Below are positions 48,012-57,980 of a stretch of 64,000 bases of DNA, piece by piece (position 1 is the stretch's first letter; each line of letters begins with the position of its first letter). This stretch comes from an uncultured Eubacteriales bacterium. GTDB lineage: Bacteria; Bacillota; Clostridia; HGM11514. Location: assembly GCA_902492655.1 (NCBI GenBank), contig CABUMF010000005.1, positions 13,478 through 77,477 on the forward strand, written 5' to 3'. A program made the translations under genes and the position numbers. Below the pieces are notes generated by a model. The model saw nothing but the letters and a program-made list of their open reading frames with translations, was not told the DNA's origin and searched no databases.

Positions 48012-49034
48012 TCATTTTATACGCTTCACCGAATCTCGTTCCGAAATATCGGGTGAAAAAATTTTCATAACCGGTAAATTCCTTTCTATAATTGACTTTG
48101 CGGCTATTTCCCCTATTTTTTCCTTAGCATGAGTTATTGATGTAAGCTTATACACCTTTGAAATCAGCGTATCATCCACGCTGATTAAGGATACATCATC
48201 GGGAACAGACAGCTTTAGTTCGGTCAGTGCGTCAACACATTCCTTTGCAACATAATCACTGAAACAAAAAATGCCGGTTACACCGCTTTCATAAGCGGCT
48301 TTAATATTTTTCTTCATCTCGCTGTCGAACTCAATTTCAATTACATTTTCAAACATTGCTTTAAAATGCTTCATTCGTTTATCCGATATTCTGTTGTTCG
48401 GCATATACAAAATCGCAGTTTTTTCGTGACCGAATCCAAGGAAGCACTCACCTGCATAAACTCCTATTTTTTCTTCATCCATAATAACATAGGATTGTCC
48501 CTCTATTCCATATTCGGCATCTATTTGAATTAACGGAATATGTTTTTCTTCAAATTGTCTGAATACGCTTTCAATCATATTTTTATCAAAATCATCTTCG
48601 GGGCTTGCCTGTACAATAACACCGTCAGAACCTTTTTGCAAAATCTTATTTAAAAGCTTTACAATTTCTTTCCAGGAATTTTTAGTGTCCCCTACAATAA
48701 AATCAGCACCGCATTTATCAAACACACCGCTTATTGACCTGATATAATAAGGAATGAAATAATAATCGCTCATGTCAAGCAAAACATCTATCGACAGTCC
48801 TTTTACTTTGTTTTTGCAAAATGTTCCCTTACCGTGTTTTTTCTCAATCAAGCCTTCATTTACCAGTACTGAAAGAGCTTCCCTTACCGTAAGACGGGCA
48901 ACACCGTATTCTCTCATCATTTCGTTTTCGCTCAAGAGCTTGTCTCCGGGTTTTATTTTGCCGCTTGTAATCTTACTTCTTATATCTTCTGCCAACTGGA
49001 TATATACGGGCACATTAATGCTTCTGTCTATCAT
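48012..49034 (-). CDS. AraR-like transcriptional regulator (GntR-type HTH + LacI/PBP-like sugar-binding domain)
   Basis: N-terminal GntR HTH (VYIQLAEDIRSKI..GDKLLSENEMMREYGVARLTVREAL) fused to a periplasmic-binding-protein-like domain, as in B. subtilis AraR. Confidence 0.8.
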   Translation of the reverse strand: MIDRSINVPVYIQLAEDIRSKITSGKIKPGDKLLSENEMMREYGVARLTVREALSVLVNEGLIEKKHGKGTFCKNKVKGLSIDVLLDMSDYYFIPYYIRSISGVFDKCGADFIVGDTKNSWKEIVKLLNKILQKGSDGVIVQASPEDDFDKNMIESVFRQFEEKHIPLIQIDAEYGIEGQSYVIMDEEKIGVYAGECFLGFGHEKTAILYMPNNRISDKRMKHFKAMFENVIEIEFDSEMKKNIKAAYESGVTGIFCFSDYVAKECVDALTELKLSVPDDVSLISVDDTLISKVYKLTSITHAKEKIGEIAAKSIIERNLPVMKIFSPDISERDSVKRIK

Positions 49035-49103
49035 ATATATACCTCCGTAGATTTCATACTTTATATTATAGTCTTTTTTTCAAGAAAATGCAATATTTAC
49101 ACT

Positions 49104-49142
49104 TGACAAAATTTCACTTTTATTATATAATTAACTTGTACA
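49104..49142 (+). promoter_or_regulatory. consensus promoter (TTGACA-16-TATAAT) with TTGTACA palindromic GntR/AraR-type operator at +1
   Basis: -35 at 49104-49109 and -10 at 49126-49131. TTGTACA at 49136-49142 matches the GntR T.GT..AC.A core. It lies about 170 nt upstream of the beta-helix gene. Confidence 0.55.
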
Positions 49143-49307
49143 GATGAGTTGATTGTAGAAATCTGATTTGACGCACATTGCAGTAAGCTCAAATTCAAAA
49201 ATCTGTGCATAAAGAATATTACATGGAAAGGTGATCCGAAAGAGTATATTCCCGAATTTCAGAAAGAAATCAATTAAAAATATAATTAAAGGAGACGCAG
49301 TATAAAA

Positions 49308-50654
49308 ATGAAAGAAAGAATAAAATCAAATATAAAAGAAACAGTAAAAGTTATCGACACATCATCACTTGTTTTCACAAATATCAAGGATTACGAAGCG
49401 TTGGTAACCGATAATATTTGGACAAAAGCAATTCAGACAGCCCTCAACGAAAAGAAAAATGTATATATTCCGTATATGGGGCATGAGATTATAATTGACG
49501 GCACAATTTTTATGGATTCTCATACAAATCTAAAAGTCGATGAAAAACAAGTAATAAGGCTCAAAGAACATACCGATGTATGTATGCTCAGAAACAGAAA
49601 TATGATTCCCGGAGGACACGCATACACGGAACAGGTAAATCCCGATGAATATATCACCGTTAACGGAGGAATTTGGGCAGCACCCGACAACGGCGGATTA
49701 AGAATGGATAATCTGGGAACCATTGTCGGAGGATTCTCCGAAATAGCGTTTTCAAATGCACGCTATATTAATGTTACCAACGCAACTTTTTCGCACGGAA
49801 CATCATATGCTGTCATGATAAGTAACTGCACCAATTTTTATGTTGATAGTATTAAATTCGATGAATATAAAAAGGACGGAATCCACATTGACGGTCCCGC
49901 AAAATTCGGAATTATCAGCAATCTCGACGGTGTCGGGCTGGGAGATGACATGGTTGCGCTTTTAGCATGGGATTGGTTTTCTTCGGGCATTACCAACGGA
50001 GACATTGAAGATATACTTGTTGAAAACATTAAGGGAGACAACAACGAAATAAGACTTCTGACAGGCAGAAAGGTTTACCGGAACGGAAAGAAAAAGGATT
50101 GTGATATAAGACGGTGTGTTTTTGAAAACATAACGGGCATATATACCTATAAAATGTATTATCAGCCTAATTGTCGTAATGTTATAATGGGAAAACATTT
50201 TGATTCTGCAGAAACAGTCGGAAAAATGGATGATATATACTATGAAAATATTACCGTACCCAAAATCCGCAATTCCGGCTTTAATGACATTCCCGTTTAC
50301 GGAATATTTGATATATTGGCTGACTGTAAAAATTTAAATTTAAAAAACATAAAATTGGAGCACTCTTTGGAAGAGCTTAATGATAAAAACATAAAGCTTA
50401 TTAATGTCGGACCCATTTCGGCAACTTTCAAATATACGGATGATAAATCAAAGTGGGGAGATTTCTTTGAACCTGATATGTGCTGTTTTGTGGAAGATAT
50501 CAACCTCGAGAATATAACCTTTGATGATGTTAAAGTAACAGAAGCCGAAAAGCTCGTAAAGGAAACACATCAAAGCATAAACCCTGATTACCCCAACACT
50601 TTGCCGGAGGGCGGAACAGGATTTGGAAAGATAGGAAAGGTAACTGTAAAATGA
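49308..50654 (+). CDS. right-handed beta-helix (pectin lyase fold) protein, putative glycoside hydrolase/lyase; no signal peptide
   Basis: 448 aa with repeated beta-helix rungs (NGGIWAAPDNGG, NATFSHGTSYAVMISNCTNFYVDSIKF, DGIHIDGP). Assignment is at fold level only. Confidence 0.6.
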   Translation: MKERIKSNIKETVKVIDTSSLVFTNIKDYEALVTDNIWTKAIQTALNEKKNVYIPYMGHEIIIDGTIFMDSHTNLKVDEKQVIRLKEHTDVCMLRNRNMIPGGHAYTEQVNPDEYITVNGGIWAAPDNGGLRMDNLGTIVGGFSEIAFSNARYINVTNATFSHGTSYAVMISNCTNFYVDSIKFDEYKKDGIHIDGPAKFGIISNLDGVGLGDDMVALLAWDWFSSGITNGDIEDILVENIKGDNNEIRLLTGRKVYRNGKKKDCDIRRCVFENITGIYTYKMYYQPNCRNVIMGKHFDSAETVGKMDDIYYENITVPKIRNSGFNDIPVYGIFDILADCKNLNLKNIKLEHSLEELNDKNIKLINVGPISATFKYTDDKSKWGDFFEPDMCCFVEDINLENITFDDVKVTEAEKLVKETHQSINPDYPNTLPEGGTGFGKIGKVTVK

Positions 50655-51565
50655 TAAAAAATATAAACTCACTAAAATACGAATCAATGCTGTTAGCGTG
50701 CGCCATGCTTTGGGGATTACAGTTTTCCATGTTGAAATTCGTTGGCGAAACCTTCGATGCAACCACCTTGCTTTTTATAAAATTCCTGTTGAGCACACTC
50801 ATTCTTGTTATAATTGATTTTAAAAGAATTAAATTTCAAGGCAAAATGATGGTTATTCACAGCATTCTGCTCGGTGTACTCGTTGCTATCCATACATATT
50901 TTCAAACGGTAGGTCTTGCAAACACCAATCCTGCAAATTCAAGCTTTATCATCTCGACAAATGTGATTTATGTTCCTATTATCATGTTTCTGATTTTCGG
51001 AAAAAAGCCATCAAAAAACATGATTATAGGGCTCGTATCCATAACAATAGGCTTCTTGTTCATTTCGGGCATAATAAGCTTCAATCCGTTAAGCTTTAAT
51101 CTTAAATTGGGATACGGAGATTTTCTCTCGCTGATATGCGCAATACTGACGGCGTTCTATCTTGTATATTTTAACTAACTTTCTTCAAAATACGATGAAA
51201 ATTCAGTTAATATAATTCATCTTGCCGCCGCCACGTTAACAATGCTTGCAGTTTGGATTTTTATAGGTATCCGCGGCGAATACAAGATGGACTTTACAAA
51301 CATTCCGGCTGTTTTGGGACTCATTTACTGCGGAATCTTTTCCGGAGGCATCGCTTCTCTTCTCCTTGCAAAAGGCACCGCAAATGTTGAGGCTTCAAAA
51401 ACGGCGATACTGTGCGGTCTTGAACCGGTTTTTGCAACAGTATTTGCCGCAATTCTCACGATATTTATCCCCTCTCTTGACGGAAAACTTACAGTTTCTG
51501 TAATACTTGGCGGAGCTTTAATTCTTTACGGCGCTATAAAAAGCTCGCTTATTGCGGATAAATAA
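50651..51565 (+). pseudogene. EamA/DMT family transporter interrupted by a single in-frame TAA (51176-51178)
   Basis: ORFs 50651-51178 and 51242-51565 are in the same frame. Translation through the TAA is continuous (..YLVYFN*LSSKYDENSVNIIHLAAATLTMLAVWIF..) and yields a two-EamA-domain 10-TM transporter. Confidence 0.7.
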
Positions 51566-51583
51566 ACAAAAACATAAAATACA

Positions 51584-51630
51584 ACAAACCGGAGTTCAGC
51601 TTTATGAACTCCGGTTTGTTTGATTTTTTA
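51584..51630 (+). terminator. intrinsic terminator (15-bp stem ACAAACCGGAGTTCA/TGAACTCCGGTTTGT + T-tract)
   Basis: Perfect long stem with loop GCTTTA, followed by TTGATTTTTT. Confidence 0.8.
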
Positions 51631-51815
51631 AAAAATAAACCTTAACCTTATTAAATAATATATCATGTTGATTATCAGTGTAATTACAGAATAACAAAGT
51701 ATTAGCAGAAATATTTAATGTGTCGGTTGACAGTCTCCTCAAATAAATTGTTTTATAAGTTTATCACAAACTGCCGTACTACGCATTTGCGGGTGCTTTT
51801 TCCTTACGCTTACAT

Positions 51816-53836
51816 TCAGAATCTTATTCTGTACATATCAAACATATCAAGGTTTTCTGTATTAAACACAATGGTATTGTTTTCGTATGTATAATCAATC
51901 TTTTCGTTCTTGGTTAATAGCTCAATTTCAATCGGTTCCCGTTCTGATTTTACGGATATTTGGAAGCTTCCTATATTCCTTACCGCATCATCCTCGGTAA
52001 GCACAGCTGCGGAAATAAGGTAATCGTCACCGTCCTTATGCGTTATAATTTCTACATCCCTCGGTGCATCGGAGGAAATTGAGCTTTCAAAGCCGAGGAA
52101 GTCCTTTATAATATTTATAAAGACATTACGGTATTCCCCGAATGTACCGTACTCAACCGGAAGTGCAGACCAAACCACCTTGCCCTTTCCGTACTCGGTA
52201 TAAAGCATGGCAGGTATGTCCGTTTTTATTCCCGGAGGATCCGAATGAATGGAAGCAAACTTTGAAATATCCTGTCGGGTGTACGGCAAGGTCACCGTGG
52301 CAATCGCCGTTGCATTTTCTCCGCCGTTCATAACGGGAGCTGCGGCATCAAAGTGCATGGGATAATTGCTGTTAAATAACCCGAATGCACCTTCATATTC
52401 CTTTTTCGGCGCAAGATATACAATAGATTCTGCCGTCCTTTCAGTGGGTTCATTTCCGAAAAATTCCTTTAATAATCCCCTGCAATTTCCGCCGCTTATG
52501 TAAAGACTTCCGCCGTTTCGGACATAGCTTTTCAGCCTGTCGAAGTCTTCGCTGTCGACATCGGTAAGATAAGGTGCAACAATAAGCTTGTACGAATTCA
52601 AATCTTTAAATGTTCCCGTAACACCGCAAGGAATATTGTTTTTACAAGATTTACGGCACAGTTGTGATTTGTGTAAATCTCGCCATCGGGATTAAACTTG
52701 CTCTTTAAGCTGTAATATATCCCTACATCCTCGACCATCTCACCTTTGAGGTACTTCTCATAGGGTATTTCTTTCTCGAACACCTTACCTATTCTGTCAT
52801 ACACACGACTGTCCATAGTTCCCACAGGGTCGATTGCATCAATTACAAGGGTTGCACCGTGGTGTGCGCAGGTAAGAAACACCGAGCTTGCCATCTCATT
52901 TTCCGATTTTGTAAGCGTATGCGAAGCAAGCGTAGGCTTACAGCGTGAAAACATATATTCAAACGGCTGATTTTTCGTTGCGTTTTTATAAAGCTTGCAA
53001 ACAAAGGACTGGGCATAAATTCCTCCGTAAAGATCTCCGCCCGCATAGTCTGCCGCATCAAGAACCTCCTCCGCAAGTGCCTTTGTCGCATCGGGCAACC
53101 CCGCAAATGCGGCATTGTGATAAACGCTTGCAAAGGGAACGTGCTTCCTTACCTCATCAGCGGCAAATTTAGCAAAATCGCCCATCCATTCCCGTCTCTT
53201 TTTTATATTCAGAAGCCACCTGTCGTCATTCCAGTCAGCTTTTGTGGGAAGCTCTCCCCCAACCTCATCTTTCCAGCGTTTTTTACAGCTTTCGCAATAG
53301 CACACATGAGGCCAGAAAAGCATATCAAAAAACATCCCGTCAAATGTAAAATACTCGCACATTTCCTTTATCTGCATTGCGGTAAACTCACGATATTCCT
53401 CATTATTCGGGCAACAGAACTTATATCTGTTAACGTGCTTTCCGGTTGCACACTCTAATGCGGCATCGCGTTTTTCCTCCGGGAAAGGCACCCCGCTTTC
53501 AGTAATCATTCTCCACTTTGGATGCTCGTCATATGCCCAATTATTGTAGACAAGACTGTAATATCCCGTAACATTTATTCCGTTATCCTTGCACATATTG
53601 CAAAGCTTTTGAACGAGATCTTCTCTGCCTATAAACGAATTATGCATTTTGCCGACTTTTGTGGGATAGTAACAAAGCCCGACGTGCGACTGAAAATAAA
53701 TCATAGCATTCTGAATTTTTGCTCTTTTCAGATTATCAAGATAACTCTCGGGTGAAAATTTCGATAAAAACTCAGGACTCCAATCATCTATATGCATATC
53801 GCAAAGATGCCTTCTGTAAACATTTTTATACCACAT
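51816..53836 (-). pseudogene. glycoside hydrolase with GH42-like beta-galactosidase trimerisation domain, disrupted by a frameshift in an A5 run near 52650
   Basis: The upstream ORF (52598-53836) has a TIM-barrel-like N-terminal domain. The downstream ORF frame reads ...KNNIPCGVTGTFKDLNSYKLIVAPYLTDVDSEDFDRLKSYVRNGGSLYISGG, a GH42 domain-B signature, and stays open upstream to 52691, overlapping ORF1. The two frames switch within GTAAAAACAAT. Confidence 0.65.
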
Positions 53837-53985
53837 AAAGCTCTCTCCTTATTTAATTATGCATACATTATAGCACAGTGACGGCAAAAATGCAACATAT
53901 AAGTTAAGGTTTAATATTGACAAGGAGTGTATAATTTTATATAATATTATCAGTACATTAACCTTTTTCCAAAGGAGGAATAAAT

Positions 53986-55149
53986 ATGTTACACGATTTT
54001 TCGTTTTATAACCCCACCAAAATTCATTTCGGAAAAAGTGCTATGGAGCATCTTCCTTCCGAGCTTTCCTGCTACGGGCAAAATATTTTGCTTCTTTACG
54101 GAAAGGGCTCGATTAAAAAGATTGGGCTTTACGACAAGGTTATCAAGATTCTTAAGGACTGCGATAAAAATGTTACGGAGCTTTCCGGAATCAAGCCGAA
54201 TCCGTCATACAGTCAGGTGCTTGAGGGCGCAAGGCTTTGCTCCGAAAACGATATTGATTTGATTTTGGCTGTCGGAGGCGGCTCGGTAATCGACTGCGCA
54301 AAGGCAATTTCCGTTTCTGCATATACAGAAGGGGATCCGTGGCAAAAATACTGGATTAATTATGAGGAAGTGGACAACAAAATCATACCGGTAGGAAGCA
54401 TTCTCACAATGGCAGGCACGGGCTCTGAAATGAACGGCGGAAGCGTAATAACAAACGAAGATGTAATGATTAAAAACGGAAGAGTTTTTCCGCCGTCTGT
54501 ATATCCCAAGTTTTCTGTTTTAAATCCCGAGTTTACATATACGGTTCCGAAAATTCAAATGGTGAGCGGCGTGTTTGACATTATGTCCCACCTTATGGAA
54601 GCGTATTTTTCGGGAGAGGATGACAACACAAGCGACTATGTAATAGAGGCTGTCATGAAATCCCTTATTAAAAGTGCCGAGATTGCCTATGAAAACCCTG
54701 AGAATTACGAGGCTCGCAGTAATATCATGTGGTGCGCAACCCTCGCTCTTAACGGAATAACAGGCGTTTCAAAAACGCAGGATTGGGAGGTTCACGCCAT
54801 TGAGCATCAGCTCGGAGCATACACCGACTGCCCCCACGGGCTCGGGCTTGCGGCAATCTCAATGCCTTATTACAGATACATATACAAAAACGGTATTGAT
54901 AAATTTGTTCGTTTTGCAGAAAATGTATGGGGTGTTGATGCGGACGGAAAAACAAAGGATGAAGCGGCTCTTGAAGGCATTTCGTGCCTTGAAAACTTTG
55001 CAAGGAGAATTGGAATACCCCTTACCCTCCGTGAGCTGGGTGCAACGGAGGATATGCTCCCCAAAATTGCCGAAAGCTGTGAAGAGGGCGGCGGCTATAT
55101 GGTGCTTACTCATGCGGATATTCTGAACATTTTGAAAGAGTGCTATTAA
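53986..55149 (+). CDS. iron-containing alcohol dehydrogenase (NADH-dependent butanol dehydrogenase/YqhD-like)
   Basis: 387 aa with Fe-ADH motifs (GGGSVIDCAK, metal-binding His cluster HAIEHQLG..H). Confidence 0.88.
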   Translation: MLHDFSFYNPTKIHFGKSAMEHLPSELSCYGQNILLLYGKGSIKKIGLYDKVIKILKDCDKNVTELSGIKPNPSYSQVLEGARLCSENDIDLILAVGGGSVIDCAKAISVSAYTEGDPWQKYWINYEEVDNKIIPVGSILTMAGTGSEMNGGSVITNEDVMIKNGRVFPPSVYPKFSVLNPEFTYTVPKIQMVSGVFDIMSHLMEAYFSGEDDNTSDYVIEAVMKSLIKSAEIAYENPENYEARSNIMWCATLALNGITGVSKTQDWEVHAIEHQLGAYTDCPHGLGLAAISMPYYRYIYKNGIDKFVRFAENVWGVDADGKTKDEAALEGISCLENFARRIGIPLTLRELGATEDMLPKIAESCEEGGGYMVLTHADILNILKECY

Positions 55150-55152
55150 TGT

Positions 55153-55425
55153 ATGATTGATTATCATAAAGCATTGGTTATTTATCTGATATCAATTAAC
55201 GCTGTCACATTTGCAGTATATGCTTTCGATAAGCTTCGTGCCGTACGGGGCGGCTTCAGAATACGAATTTCAACGCTTTTGCTCCTTGCCCTCATCGGCG
55301 GCTCATTAGGTGCACTTATTGGGATATATGTATTAAGACACAAAACCAAAAAGGTCTATTTTACCTACACCGTACCGATAATGCTTGCGGTTCAGATATT
55401 TTTTATTGTTAAATTCTTGATATAG
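55153..55425 (+). CDS. DUF1294 family small membrane protein
   Basis: 90 aa; YAFDKLRAVRGGFRIRISTLLLLALIGGSLGALIG matches DUF1294. Confidence 0.7.
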   Translation: MIDYHKALVIYLISINAVTFAVYAFDKLRAVRGGFRIRISTLLLLALIGGSLGALIGIYVLRHKTKKVYFTYTVPIMLAVQIFFIVKFLI

Positions 55426-55463
55426 AAAAAAGAGGAAAGCTCGAAAAATGAGCTTTCCTTTTT
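55425..55463. terminator. bidirectional intrinsic terminator (AGGAAAGCTC-gaaaaat-GAGCTTTCCT + T4)
   Basis: 10-bp perfect stem between convergent genes. Confidence 0.75.
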
Positions 55464-55473
55464 ATTCATAATT

Positions 55474-56367
55474 CTAAACACGCGCACGGGGATGAGAGCG
55501 GCTGTAAACATCCTTAATTCTCTTTTTAGCCATGTTAGCGTAAAACTGAGTTGAAGATATATCGGAATGTCCCATCATTTCCTGGATTGAACGAAGGTCC
55601 GCTCCGTTTTCCAAAAGATGCATTGCAAAGGAATGCCGAAGGGTGTGGGGAGTGATGTCCTTTTCAATTCCGGCCTCAGCGGCATAATGCTTGATAATCT
55701 TCCAAAAGCCCTGACGGCTCAGGCGGTTGCCGTTACAATTAACAAATAAGGCAGTTTCCGACGGGTCGATTATCATAACCTTTCTTGAGTTTGAAAGGTA
55801 GTCTGAAATTGCGTCTGCCGCAACGGTATGTATCGGAACAATCCTTTTGTTTGCTCCCGAACGGCATTTTATGTAACCCAATTCAATGCTGACATCGTCA
55901 ATGTTGAGCGAAATAAGCTCCGTAACCCTTATTCCCGTTGCGTACAAAAGCTCAAGCATTGCCTTATCCCTATAGCCTTTAAGGTCAACGCATTTAGGCT
56001 GATTAAGAAGCTGTGTTATCTCGTCGGACGAAAGAATTTCAGGCTCTTTTTTAGGTATCTTCCCTGCCTTTATGTTCGCCGTCGGGTCATATGAAATAAG
56101 CTTTTCCCGAAGCAAAAACTTATAGTAAGCCCTGACGGAAGCCACATTTCTTGCCAATGTTGAAGCCGCCTTGCCGAGCTCCTTTAAATGCTCGATATAC
56201 GCAGAAACAGATGCGCTCGTTGCAAGAAGTGAGCTTTCAAACTGTTCGTCATGCTCCAAAAATCCTATAAACTGACATATATCTCTTTTATATGATTCCA
56301 AAGTATTATCCGACACTTTTTTCTCATGCACAAGATAATCCTCAAATTCTGTTATGTAAGCTGTCAT
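55474..56367 (-). CDS. xerD: tyrosine site-specific recombinase XerD-like
   Basis: C-terminal catalytic motifs (HTLRHSFAMHLLENGADLRSIQEMMGHSDISSTQFY, with Tyr). Start at the internal ATG (MTAYITEFEDYL), giving 297 aa. Confidence 0.85.
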   Translation of the reverse strand: MTAYITEFEDYLVHEKKVSDNTLESYKRDICQFIGFLEHDEQFESSLLATSASVSAYIEHLKELGKAASTLARNVASVRAYYKFLLREKLISYDPTANIKAGKIPKKEPEILSSDEITQLLNQPKCVDLKGYRDKAMLELLYATGIRVTELISLNIDDVSIELGYIKCRSGANKRIVPIHTVAADAISDYLSNSRKVMIIDPSETALFVNCNGNRLSRQGFWKIIKHYAAEAGIEKDITPHTLRHSFAMHLLENGADLRSIQEMMGHSDISSTQFYANMAKKRIKDVYSRSHPRARV

Positions 56368-56507
56368 TTTCCATTCCCCTAATATTTTTTGGTTACCATA
56401 ATATTTTACTCCAAAATTGAGGATTTGTACAGTCTTTTTTACAAAAATATTACACAAAAATTACTGCTTATTTTCGTGCAAGATTTTTCGCTTCATATAT
56501 ATTGTGT

Positions 56508-57116
56508 TTATATATACAGTCCGCAAACAACATTTAGGATTGGAGGAATAATGTAAATTTCCGCCAATCTTGAAAAAAGCATAAAAACAAACATAATAAC
56601 GCAGGAAATAAGCATAAACCGAGTGTTCACGGAAAAGTCGGGAGAGGTCTTTCTCCGGCAAATTTTAATCATAGAAATTGATGCTCGCACAGAATTTACA
56701 GAGGCAAAAACCAAAGGCGGAAGCCATAGCAGTGACGGAATAACCAATGCAATAAGGATAAATACGATAGACTTAAAGCCGTACACACTGTAAAATGCCG
56801 AAGCCAAATAGCCTACGGCAAAGCCACGATAAGCGTCAATCAGCGGAATTACCGCAATACCGAACGGCGAAAATCCGAACACCACGGCAGCCGCCGAAAT
56901 AAGAAATGCCGAACAAAACGCACGAAAGACAAGCGTCGAGTGGGAAAGCCCGTCCAATCCGCCGAAAAATGCGGAAAGATACTCGCTGTCAGAAAAGCTT
57001 TTTCCTCCCGATATTCCCAAAAGTACACCTACAATCGATGCGGCAAAGGTTATAACATACAAGCTTTTGTTTTCGCAAAAATGATTATACAGAAACCTTA
57101 AAACTCTTTTTAACAT
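56508..57116 (-). CDS. spoIIM: stage II sporulation protein M (SpoIIM)
   Basis: 202 aa, five TM segments, SpoIIM family similarity. xerD adjacency is as in Bacillus/Clostridium. Confidence 0.75.
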   Translation of the reverse strand: MLKRVLRFLYNHFCENKSLYVITFAASIVGVLLGISGGKSFSDSEYLSAFFGGLDGLSHSTLVFRAFCSAFLISAAAVVFGFSPFGIAVIPLIDAYRGFAVGYLASAFYSVYGFKSIVFILIALVIPSLLWLPPLVFASVNSVRASISMIKICRRKTSPDFSVNTRFMLISCVIMFVFMLFSRLAEIYIIPPILNVVCGLYI

Positions 57117-57176
57117 AAAAATTCCCGTCCCTTCAATAAAATATATGAAGGAGACGGGAAATAAATTCGTTTTTGA

Positions 57177-57974
57177 TTACTTTGATAATTGCTTCGATTT
57201 CTCTGCACACTTGTCCATAGCTTCCATGAGCGAAGCACGGAAACCGCTCTGTTCCAACACCTTAACCGCCTCTATGGTCGTCCCTCCGGGAGAGCAGACC
57301 ATGTCCTTTAAAACCGCCGGATGAAGGTTTGTTTCAAGAACCATTTCCGCTGCGCCGGCAACGGTATGCGATACCAAAACATAAGCCTTGTCCCGAGGAA
57401 TACCGAGCTTAACCGCGGCATCCGCCATGGCTTCAATCATCATAAAAACATAAGCCGGACCGCTTCCGTTCACCGCAACGGATGCATCAAGAAGCTTTTC
57501 GTCAAGCTCGATTGCATAGCCAAAGCAGGAAAGAATTTCTTCGGCAATCTCCGCATCCTCAGAAGAAGAATCACCATTTCGGCAAAAAACCGTCATACCG
57601 CTGTTTATCTGCGCAGGCATATTCGGCATCGTCCGAATCACACGGGCATTGCCCCCGAAAAACCCCGAAACATATTCTATCGTAAGCCCCGGAGCTATTG
57701 TAATATAAAGCTTATCCGAAAATTCCGAGATTTCATTAAGCACCACAGGATAAACATTAGGCTTTACAGCCAATATAACCACATCGGAATTTTGTACAGC
57801 GTCTATATTGTTTTCGGCGGTGTTTACTCCAAGCTCGGCAATCTTTTCAAGCTTTGCGCCGTCATTATCGCTAACGGTTATGTGCTTTGGGTTGACTGCC
57901 GATGCCATACCCCGAACTATTGCCGTTGCCATATTTCCGGCTCCGATAACGCCAATTTTCAAATTCTCAATCAC
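57177..57974 (-). CDS. proC: pyrroline-5-carboxylate reductase
   Basis: IGVIGAGNMATAI Rossmann N-terminus and ProC C-terminal dimerisation motif. Confidence 0.9.
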   Translation of the reverse strand: MIENLKIGVIGAGNMATAIVRGMASAVNPKHITVSDNDGAKLEKIAELGVNTAENNIDAVQNSDVVILAVKPNVYPVVLNEISEFSDKLYITIAPGLTIEYVSGFFGGNARVIRTMPNMPAQINSGMTVFCRNGDSSSEDAEIAEEILSCFGYAIELDEKLLDASVAVNGSGPAYVFMMIEAMADAAVKLGIPRDKAYVLVSHTVAGAAEMVLETNLHPAVLKDMVCSPGGTTIEAVKVLEQSGFRASLMEAMDKCAEKSKQLSK

Positions 57975-57980
57975 GATAAA

